Below, in pieces: positions 53,287 to 61,579 of a stretch of 64,000 bases of DNA. The stretch spans positions 64,001 to 128,000 of the forward strand of contig JBGPGO010000009.1 in the NCBI GenBank assembly GCA_041483895.1, written 5' to 3'. Under the pieces are notes generated by a model that did no database searches, was not told the origin of the DNA, and was given only the letters and a program-made list of their open reading frames with translations. The first letter of the stretch is position 1. Every line of letters begins with the position of its first letter. This DNA comes from Fimbriimonadia bacterium. Lineage in GTDB: Bacteria > Armatimonadota > Fimbriimonadia > Fimbriimonadales > JABRVX01. The position numbers and the translations under genes are program-made.

Positions 53287-54775
53287 TCAATTCCAATGTG
53301 GGCCCCAATAGGCCGCTACTTTGCCGTTGCCAAGCGTTAGCACAACGGCGCCGTCAAGGTCTATGGCGAGGTCCTGAGTCGGTATGGAACTTGCGGGATG
53401 GATGGGAAAGGGATAGTACAGCGGCTGCAAACCTCCACCAAAATCTGAGGGATTTTGGCAGTAGATGTAGCCGGTGTCGGTGGCCCAATAGATGATGTTG
53501 TGGCTGTCCGCATTTGTGAACAGTGGCGTTGAGGACAGGTTGTCGGAAGTGGAACTCATCTTTTTCCCGAATGAACCGCTGCCGGAGGTGCCTTGATCGT
53601 CCACCTTCACGGGGGTCGGTTTGCCGGTCCCAGTTCCCGCGGTTTGAGCCAAGAAGAAGACGTTCATGTCTCCGCTCGGAATTTCGACGCAAGGGTTGGC
53701 ATCGATTCTCCCGATGGCGCGTTGGGTGCCGTTGTCGTTTGCAGTCGTCAACCGACTGCTCCATGCGGCGGTTCCCAAGTCGTCACCCGCGCCAATAATT
53801 GAGTAAATGTATCCCTGGTTGCTCGAATCATACGTGGCAATGTAGACGCGATCGTTCGAGCCGTTGTCATTGCCAATGATGGGCCAAGTGTGGCATGTTT
53901 CGCCGCCGGAATCGGGAGTAAACGTCCACCGGAGCGTGGCGTGATCGCCCTGATCGAGGAGGCACTTGGCATGCCCGTCGCTGTTGGCGAGGACGATGTT
54001 CATGGTGGCCGGCGCTTCTCCCTCAAGCGGCGGGAGCAAGATCGACGACATCGGCCGCACAATTGGGTAGCCGGTGTCGTAACTCCACTCCTCGGATGCG
54101 TCCGAACCGGACGAATATCCTGAAGGATTGAACGCGTAGACCCTGCCGTTTGTGGACGGCACGTAGACGCGATATCCTTCGCTGTTCGGTTGGGTGACAC
54201 CCGCTATGAGATACAGTGGGGCGCTCAAAGAGTCCCCGTTCGAACCCAGTTGCGCCGATCGCCATAGCTTCGATCCGTCGGATGCTTCGAGGCAGTAGAG
54301 ACGCCGATCCGTATCGACGATGAATACCGCTTTCGTACCGTTGGACAGTCCCAGTACAGGAGAGCCGATCGGCGTTCCTGCCAACGTGTAAGACCCTTGG
54401 TAGTCCTTGGCGACAGAGAAGGTTGGCGGGTTTCCGTTGGTAAAGGTGACTTGGAGCCGGTAGAGCTTCTTGTCGTTCCCAAAGTAGTAGACCTTGTATT
54501 CGAACGTATTCGGATCGCTGGGTTCACCCAGCGCCACCCCATTGATCGGAGTTCCATCGCCTCCGCCCGGCGTGTAGGACCATTTCGCCGCTCCCGCCGT
54601 ATAAGGCGGCCGCAATGTCTGTCCCGCTATCGTCGGATGGCCGCTTCTTTGGACATCAAGCCCACCCATCGGCCACTGCCCGTACGTCCCGCCCGTTTGA
54701 GCGTGAGCAGTAAGTGTAAATACTAAGCCCCTCCCCCATTAGCAACATGGAGAGGCGTCGTGTCGGTCGATTCAT
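53287..54775 (-). pseudogene. PQQ-like beta-propeller gene frameshifted in its signal peptide
   Basis: MNRPTRRLSMLLMG in one frame; GLVFTLTAHA-QTGGTYGQWPMGGLDVQRSG in another; shift at the G-tract 54728-54737. Confidence 0.65.
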
Positions 54776-55057
54776 TGTCTCCATCCCTCCCGCCGAAGGC
54801 CGGTCCAAAGGCGCCCTGGTTTGCAACCATTCGCGGGTCTGTAAATCAAGGGGTCGGATCGACCCCAGCAATATATGCTGTAAACATATCACACTTTTGC
54901 TCGGTTGTCAAGCAGAATTCGGTGGTTCACCGACCCAATCCCAGATCCGCCGGGGGGTTGACAATCCGGTCGCCACGGAAATCGTGGGCATTTGCCGCGA
55001 TTCCTGTGCTGGCGATTGTGGGGCGTGACTCGGGGCGTTCGGGAACACGGTCCGTGT

Positions 55058-56302
55058 CTACGGAGAAAGGTGCTGCATGACGTCCTCTTCGCTCGCCTGG
55101 ATGAGGGCCATGGCGACCGCGCGGTTCGTGTCGCCGTTGGAGCGGAACGTGCCGGTCAATTCTTTCATCTGCGAGGGGGTGTAGAGCGTCGCCTGCACGG
55201 ACGCAAACGTTTCCCCATCAGCCGTTGTGCTCAATCGCGAGTCATGCACCATCAGGCTGGTGCCTTTCGGCAATGCGTGACTGATCGCATCCGCGACCGT
55301 CTGCGCCACCAACCGCTCCAGCATCCCGTCCGTCGCGGGACCATTCAACGAGGCGGTCACCAGCGTGCTCCCGACGGTGAGCTCCACCGACACGGTCGCG
55401 GCATTCCCTTCCGCCGAAACGTTGACGGACCGCAGCCCGACTCCGCCTGTCGTCTCCACCGGTTGGTCCTGGACCACGGCGCCGCGCTTGCCCTCTTTCA
55501 TGGCCTGCGCCTGCTTGCTCGCCAGATTGATCAGGTTGTCGAGAGTCGCCGCAAAATGCACGTCGTCTCGCTCTTTCGTTCGCTTGCCGCCCTTGACCCC
55601 CCAGGAAACTTCGATGCGGCCGTCGTCCGCCGGGGGATCCAAAGATTCGATCTCGCGGGCGGCCTCTTCGGCAAACGCCTCGCTGGCCTCATTGCCACGG
55701 ATGGTGCCGATTGCAAATTCGTCGCCGCCGTAACGGCACAGCACATCTGAATCCGAATCGATCACCTGCCGCAAAGTGTCGGCTACCGCCTCCAGCACCC
55801 GGTCGCCGACTCGGTGGCCAAATTTCTTGTTGAACAGACCGAACTGGTCGAGATCGAAGAACAGGATGGAGATCTCTTGGCCGCCCCGGAGCCTGTCCAG
55901 CGCCCATTCGCGCAAGGAGTCGGACCAGGAAAGGCCGGTCAGTGGGTCCTTCGATCGACCCAGCTCCGGCATGAGATTGTGGGGAGATACCCATCCGACC
56001 AGGCGCCCTTCGTCAACCACAGCGATGCGATCCGCCTTCGTTTCCATGATAAGCGCGGCCGCATCGGCGATACTGTCCGTCGGAGCCAAATAGGCGCCGC
56101 CCTTCTTCATCACTTTGAGCAGGGGTGTGTCGGGTTCGAGATCGATGAGATCGGACCAATGGACGATCCCCAGGTAGGCCCCGCCTTCTACCACGGCCAG
56201 CGTACCCGTCAAAAAGCCTTTCATTGTGACGAGAGCCATCCGAACCGTGTGGTCCGGACACAGCCACACAGGCGGTTCCATAACATCGGAGACCAGTTTC
56301 AC
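55058..56302 (-). CDS. CBS-pair plus GGDEF diguanylate cyclase
   Basis: Two CBS domains; DPLTGL, DLDQFGLFN, GHRVGD, RYGGDEF; extra C-terminal domain. Confidence 0.88.
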   Translation of the reverse strand: MKLVSDVMEPPVWLCPDHTVRMALVTMKGFLTGTLAVVEGGAYLGIVHWSDLIDLEPDTPLLKVMKKGGAYLAPTDSIADAAALIMETKADRIAVVDEGRLVGWVSPHNLMPELGRSKDPLTGLSWSDSLREWALDRLRGGQEISILFFDLDQFGLFNKKFGHRVGDRVLEAVADTLRQVIDSDSDVLCRYGGDEFAIGTIRGNEASEAFAEEAAREIESLDPPADDGRIEVSWGVKGGKRTKERDDVHFAATLDNLINLASKQAQAMKEGKRGAVVQDQPVETTGGVGLRSVNVSAEGNAATVSVELTVGSTLVTASLNGPATDGMLERLVAQTVADAISHALPKGTSLMVHDSRLSTTADGETFASVQATLYTPSQMKELTGTFRSNGDTNRAVAMALIQASEEDVMQHLSP

Positions 56303-56415
56303 GTCATAACACCGCGGAGAATCAGAATCGGTGGGCGTTTTTGGAAACACCCACCAATCCAAGGAAAATCTCGGGCGCTCCGAGCCAAGGTCGCTGGCAC
56401 GCGCCCTATACTTTA

Positions 56416-57507
56416 TTATGACCTGGTTAGTTCATTCCCGCCACTAATAGCAGCAAATCCGGTAACAGGGACAACAGCCTGCCCGGTTAGCTCTCTATCC
56501 AGTTCTACCGAAATGTGCGTTAGAAAGGCGTCTATGGTCGAATCTTCCTGTGCCCTGGCTTCCACGCGCCGGACCGAGTAGTGAACTGTGGATCGGCCGA
56601 TGCGAATCCAATCGGCAGCCATGGCCTCAGTGATGCCGGACCGCCTGCAAAGTAAGTATGCACACAATTCCCTGCCGTCCCGGCTGTCCAGGCAGTGGTA
56701 GCGCCCAACGACGGTCCGGACAGCCTCCAGCAGGTCCGTATGGCCCGCCTTCGCCTCCAACGGGCTGAGCGCGCCGACAACTTGGGCGGTTGTCAGCTTG
56801 GCGTCGCCAAACTGGTCCCGCAGGAGCAGAAGCCGATTGAGAGCCCCGCGCATTCCGCGCAGCGCGCCGGAGACCCGCTCCGCGACAATCTGAACGGTCC
56901 CTTCCGGCAGCTCCAGCCGCTCGTGCCGGGCCATCTGGTCCAGCAACAGCATGCGGTCTTGTCGGCTTGGACTATGTAGATGAGCTATCGGCCAGTCCTG
57001 CGTTCCCAGCATGGCGGCGGTACGCAGGCTCGGCGTCTTCGTGGAGCCAAGAACAATTTTTCCACCCGCCGCCTGCACCTGCCGCATAGCGCCCGCCAAC
57101 AGGTCGATCGCTCCGTGAGAGGAGGCAAGGATTTGAAGATCGTCTATCAGAAGCGCGTCAAGCCGTTCAATTTTGCGGCGATTGAGCATCCACTCTTCCG
57201 CGCGGAAGAGTCGCACCTTGCCTGACAATGCCAATTCGCTTCGCAGGACCTGCAAAAGATAGGTTTTCCCGGTACCGGATCCGCCGACAATAAGAAGCCT
57301 GTTTCGGCCGGCCTGAATCACCTCTCGAACGGCGCTGCAAGCCTGCTCATTGCAGGGTGCGATGACGAGGTCGGAGTATCGCGGAGCGACGACTTTTGAA
57401 AGCAAAAGTTCGGCGCCGTGGATCGCGTTGATAATGTTGTCATCCCGGGTCGTTCCGAGACCGGAAGAGACGCGCGCGGACGAATGCGCGCTGCTATAGC
57501 TCACCAT
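56416..57507 (-). CDS. DnaA/Hda-like AAA+ protein
   Basis: GGSGTGKT, LLIDDLQIL, LRGMRGALNRL; C-terminal domain-IV-like HTH; lacks DnaA domain I. Confidence 0.75.
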   Translation of the reverse strand: MVSYSSAHSSARVSSGLGTTRDDNIINAIHGAELLLSKVVAPRYSDLVIAPCNEQACSAVREVIQAGRNRLLIVGGSGTGKTYLLQVLRSELALSGKVRLFRAEEWMLNRRKIERLDALLIDDLQILASSHGAIDLLAGAMRQVQAAGGKIVLGSTKTPSLRTAAMLGTQDWPIAHLHSPSRQDRMLLLDQMARHERLELPEGTVQIVAERVSGALRGMRGALNRLLLLRDQFGDAKLTTAQVVGALSPLEAKAGHTDLLEAVRTVVGRYHCLDSRDGRELCAYLLCRRSGITEAMAADWIRIGRSTVHYSVRRVEARAQEDSTIDAFLTHISVELDRELTGQAVVPVTGFAAISGGNELTRS

Positions 57508-58061
57508 AGTTCCCCTAATAATTGAATTAATACCTTCCGACTTATCACAATCCCGAAGGAGTTAGACAAATAAAAGCATGAACCGAGAATTAATGCCCAA
57601 TGGCGAATAACAGTATTTTATCCGGTTCCTGTCGGCTTGTCAAGCCCACCACGGGTCAACGGAGGGCATCTGAACCAAGATGCTGCCAAATTATCTGACG
57701 AATCATGCAATTTTCACGTAATTTCAGCCTTTTTGAACCAGAACCACATATTGTATGCAAATCTTGATTGTTAAGTCGGCAAGCCGACCGCGACGCCGTT
57801 TGTGCATAATTACGTTAAAAGTCACTAGGCAAGATTAGTCTGGCCAGGTTCCTCAGCCGTGGTCCATTGTTGCAGGATTCTCGCCTTTCTTGTCTGTTTC
57901 GCGATCCAAGTTTGCGCACTTCTTTTGAAAGATCCGATAAAGTCCCCCTCCTGCGCGCGGTTGACTTATCGCCCTTGAACTGTGTAGCATGGAGGAACTG
58001 ATTGATCTCCACTTTTTTCTTTCTGCAGGAGTGCGCTTCACGCGGCAGAACATACGATTGA

Positions 58062-59153
58062 ATGGCGCAAAGGGGTTTATACGACGTGCAAGCGAACATC
58101 AAAGTATTCGGAATCGGTGGCGGCGGCTGCAATGCGGTGGACCGAATGGCCGCCCATGGAATCTCCGGTGTGCGATTGGTCGCCATCAACACCGACGCCC
58201 AAGCCCTTCAGCGATCCCAAGCGGATGAGAAGATTCAAGTCGGCTATGACCTGACACGCGGTCTTGGCACCGGCGGAGACCCGGAGATCGGCAAAGAGGC
58301 GGCGCTCGGGATGGAGAAGGAGATCCGAGGGCAGGCCGAGGGCCTGGACATGGCCTTCATCACGTGCGGCATGGGTGGCGGGACCGGTACCGGCGCGTCG
58401 GCTGTGGTCGCCAAGCTGTGCCGCGACGCGGGCGCGCTGACCGTCGCCGTGGTGACCAAGCCATTCACCTTCGAAGGCCCCAAGCGCATGCGTACGGCGG
58501 ACAACGGGGTCGGGGAGCTCCAAGAGGCCGTGGACACCGTGATCGTCGTGCCGAACGATCGGCTGTTGGATATTGTCGAGCGCGGGACGACCTTGGCGGA
58601 GGCGTTCGCCACAGCGGACGATGTTCTTCGGCAGGCCGTGCAGAGCATTACCGACATCGTTTTGGTACCCGGCGTCATCAATGTGGATTTTGCGGATGTG
58701 CGGGCGGTTATGGAGACCGCCGGGCCGGCCCTCATGGGCATCGGGCACGCGAGAGGCCCGAACAAGGCCATCGAAGCCGCTTCCCGGGCGGTGGCGAGCC
58801 CGCTGTTGGAAAGAAGCATTGATGGAGCTTCGCGGCTGTTGGTGAACATGACCGGCGGCCCCGACCTGACGATCGGGGAGGCGAACGATGCCATGAGTTA
58901 CATTCAGGAGTTTGTCGAGGCGGACGACGGCAACATCATCATGGGCCATGTGGTCGATCCCCGGATGACCGGGGAGGCGCGCATCATCGTCCTGGCCTCC
59001 GGCCTGCCCGATGCGCCGAAGCGGTTCGATCCGAGACCGGAGACGCAGGCAGCGCCGCCACCGCGGGAGCCTGTCAGGTCAGAGACCGTCAATCGGCCGG
59101 TGGAAGAAGACACGCTCGACATTCCGTCTTTTCTGCGGAAGCATCGGTATTGA
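58062..59153 (+). CDS. ftsZ: Cell division protein FtsZ
   Basis: GIGGGGCNAV, GMGGGTGTG, INVDFADV, C-terminal LDIPSFLRK. Confidence 0.98.
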   Translation: MAQRGLYDVQANIKVFGIGGGGCNAVDRMAAHGISGVRLVAINTDAQALQRSQADEKIQVGYDLTRGLGTGGDPEIGKEAALGMEKEIRGQAEGLDMAFITCGMGGGTGTGASAVVAKLCRDAGALTVAVVTKPFTFEGPKRMRTADNGVGELQEAVDTVIVVPNDRLLDIVERGTTLAEAFATADDVLRQAVQSITDIVLVPGVINVDFADVRAVMETAGPALMGIGHARGPNKAIEAASRAVASPLLERSIDGASRLLVNMTGGPDLTIGEANDAMSYIQEFVEADDGNIIMGHVVDPRMTGEARIIVLASGLPDAPKRFDPRPETQAAPPPREPVRSETVNRPVEEDTLDIPSFLRKHRY

Positions 59154-59156
59154 TCG

Positions 59157-59564
59157 CTAAAGGAGCGTGACAAATCCTTCTTGGCCGAAGTGCTTGTCGT
59201 GGGTGAGAACTTGGTCGATCCCGAGTTCTTTCATAGCTATCATGCTGATACAATCAGTAAGGCTGTATGAACTGTTGAGGCGGTCTTCGTAGAATTTCAA
59301 GCCGCGCAAAAAGGTCTGTCTTGATTGAGGCACAACCAGCGTATTCTTATCGGCCAGAGCGTCGCGGATCATCTTGATCGCCGCTCTGCGCATGTGAGAA
59401 CCCTGACCGGCAAAGAATGTCAAGAACTCCGCAAACACCTCGTCCGTCGTCGCGACAATAAATGGGATTAGCTTGATACTTGCCGCAGCGGCAGCCTCGT
59501 GTAGATTGTCGCTCCTGTCAAGCAGCGCTATCCAATAGGCCGTGTCGGCAAAGACAACATTCAT
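59157..59564 (-). CDS. vapC: PIN-domain VapC-like toxin
   Basis: VFADTAYW, TTDEVFAE, SLTDCIS, LTHDKHF. Confidence 0.88.
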   Translation of the reverse strand: MNVVFADTAYWIALLDRSDNLHEAAAAASIKLIPFIVATTDEVFAEFLTFFAGQGSHMRRAAIKMIRDALADKNTLVVPQSRQTFLRGLKFYEDRLNSSYSLTDCISMIAMKELGIDQVLTHDKHFGQEGFVTLL

Positions 59565-59785
59565 TCGTCGCGCTTCGGTAAACCGTAAATGTAGTGATCG
59601 TGTTGTTCCGCACCATCGGTGGGCAATTGTGCAACGACATCATCCGGCAACTCGCGCGCAATCTCGAGAATCTTCTCCCAAATTGGCTTCGCATTGGGAT
59701 CATATTCGATCCGATAGACTGTGCCGTCCGCGGCTGTCAACTCGACCACGTTCCCTTGCTTCGTCTTCTCCGGTTCCATGCTCAT
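59561..59785 (-). CDS. Putative cognate antitoxin
   Basis: 74 aa; LPTDGAEQHDHYIYG; ATGA overlap with the PIN gene. Confidence 0.75.
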   Translation of the reverse strand: MSMEPEKTKQGNVVELTAADGTVYRIEYDPNAKPIWEKILEIARELPDDVVAQLPTDGAEQHDHYIYGLPKRDE

Positions 59786-59845
59786 AGTGTACTATACGTT
59801 GCCGCCGCACAATCCAATGCGCTGGAGCGTGCCATACTGGGTTCG

Positions 59846-60751
59846 ATGGCGGCAGAAGTCCCCTGGCATCGGTTCGTTCTCTGGCTCAACCTGACCCCTA
59901 AGCTCGGCAGTCAGGGCATCGAGGGGCTGCTTCGAAAAATCGCACAGGAGGGCCTTTCGCCGGAAGAGTTCCTCGCGATTCCGGTCGAGGAAAAATCGCG
60001 GCGATATAAGTTGCTTCCCGAGGCCGCCGCGGCCCTCAGTCGCGGAGCCGCCGTCATTCAATCGGAATATGGCCCCGTCGAGGACCGATTGCGCGGTCAT
60101 GGCGTGGAATGGGTGACGCACGCCGACGCCAGCTATCCGCAGCGGATCGTTCAAAGGCTGGTCACAACCCCATCCATTCTGTACTTCTATGGCAATCGCT
60201 CGCTGTTGGACAGGGAGACGTTCGCCGCCTTCTCGTCGCGCGGCACGAGTAGGCAAGGGTTCGATCGGATGGAGCGCGTCGTTGAGAAGTGGGTGCTGAA
60301 GCCCTCGGTGCTGGTAGGCGGCCACAGCACGCCGTCGTATCAACGCGCCGCGGTGGTCCCGTTGCGGTGGGGAACTCCCCGCATCATGGTGCTCGACTGC
60401 GGAATGTTTACGGCTCTCAGTGACGATCTGAGCACCGAGCCGTTCAAGACCGCTCGACTTTGGCGTTACAACTTCGACCCGAAGACCGACCTCGTCATCT
60501 CGTTTTGCCGGCCCAAAGATCTGCCGCTTGGAATCCATAACAAGCCACGCGATTGGCTCATCTCCGCGATTGCCGACGACCTGCTGTTTATCGAGGTCCG
60601 AACCGGCGGGGTGATGGAGTCGATCGGCCTTGCCGCCCTGTCGCAGGGACGGGATGTATGGGTGATGGAATGGCCACAGTATACGGATCGATTGCAGGGC
60701 AATGTGCGATTGTTGACTTCGGGAGCGATCCCGCTCAACGAAAAGGAATGA
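59846..60751 (+). CDS. DprA/SMF-like protein, divergent
   Basis: LTPKLG N-domain; DASYPQRI...PSILYFYGNRSLL; PRDWLISAIAD; ALSQGRDVWV; GNVRLL. Confidence 0.7.
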   Translation: MAAEVPWHRFVLWLNLTPKLGSQGIEGLLRKIAQEGLSPEEFLAIPVEEKSRRYKLLPEAAAALSRGAAVIQSEYGPVEDRLRGHGVEWVTHADASYPQRIVQRLVTTPSILYFYGNRSLLDRETFAAFSSRGTSRQGFDRMERVVEKWVLKPSVLVGGHSTPSYQRAAVVPLRWGTPRIMVLDCGMFTALSDDLSTEPFKTARLWRYNFDPKTDLVISFCRPKDLPLGIHNKPRDWLISAIADDLLFIEVRTGGVMESIGLAALSQGRDVWVMEWPQYTDRLQGNVRLLTSGAIPLNEKE

Positions 60752-60814
60752 GAAACGGGTTCCCCTTCCGTGCCGATAAGGGGAACCCGAATTCGGTTGT
60801 CAGCGAACGGACTA

Positions 60815-61384
60815 CTACTTCGCTTGGGCCTTGCCGTGAATGGGCGCAGGAGCGGTTACGTTTTTTTGGGCGTTCGGAACGTATTTCGCGGGGTCTTTGG
60901 TGAATGGCGCTTGGCAGCCTGGGCAACAGTAGTAGTAGCGTGTGCCTTCATAATCGGTATAGCTGTTAGCGCTGACATAGTTGGCGATCTTCGAACCCAT
61001 TACGGGGCAAACAAGAGACTGCTTTGCCGGCATCGCGGCAAACTTGATCGGCGAAGCATCAAAGCTGGTCTTGTCGGCCTCCGTTTCAAAATAGTATCGA
61101 ATGCCTTTGTAGTCAGCGCTGGCCTTCGCCTTGGAGGCTAGTACGCGCTGACCGGACACCGGATCGAAGAGCGAGTAGCCGATTGTCTTTCCAGACTTCG
61201 CGGCTTCCGCGATGTACTTGGCCGGTTCCTTCTCAAACTTTGCGTCGCATCCGTCGCAACAATATTGAAATCGGATGCCGTTGTAGTCCGTATACGGGCC
61301 ATTCGCTTTTGACGCCCCGCCCATCACCGGGCAGGACAGCGCGTTCGATGCGGCCCAAAGAGTAGCGAGTGTAAGTGTTATCAA
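60815..61384 (-). CDS. Secreted YHS-domain protein (three repeats)
   Basis: CPVMG...YNGIRFQYCCDGC, DPVSG...YKGIRYYF, CPVMG...YYYCCPGC. Confidence 0.85.
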   Translation of the reverse strand: MITLTLATLWAASNALSCPVMGGASKANGPYTDYNGIRFQYCCDGCDAKFEKEPAKYIAEAAKSGKTIGYSLFDPVSGQRVLASKAKASADYKGIRYYFETEADKTSFDASPIKFAAMPAKQSLVCPVMGSKIANYVSANSYTDYEGTRYYYCCPGCQAPFTKDPAKYVPNAQKNVTAPAPIHGKAQAK

Positions 61385-61522
61385 ATCTTGGTTCCTCCTG
61401 ATATGTCCCTGCGCAGGGATATCTAAATTGATGTATTGCGTTGCGCCTTCCCTACAGGATACGACTCCAGCGCCGCGATGCGTTCCAGGGGGAAGATCTT
61501 ACCTGGGCCGCACGCCGGATTC

Positions 61523-61564
61523 AAAAAAAGAACCGGGCGGGCAGATGTAACTGCCGCCCGGTCC
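61523..61564 (-). terminator. Intrinsic terminator after the secretin gene
   Basis: Reverse strand GGACCGGGCGGCAG-loop-CTGCCCGCCCGGTTC-TTTTTTT. Confidence 0.8.
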
Positions 61565-61579
61565 TTGTTGTCATCTTAC

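Noticed and set aside
57508..58061. oriC
   Set aside because: Only one DnaA-box match; no dnaN, gyrB or rpmH; the adjacent gene is a truncated paralog
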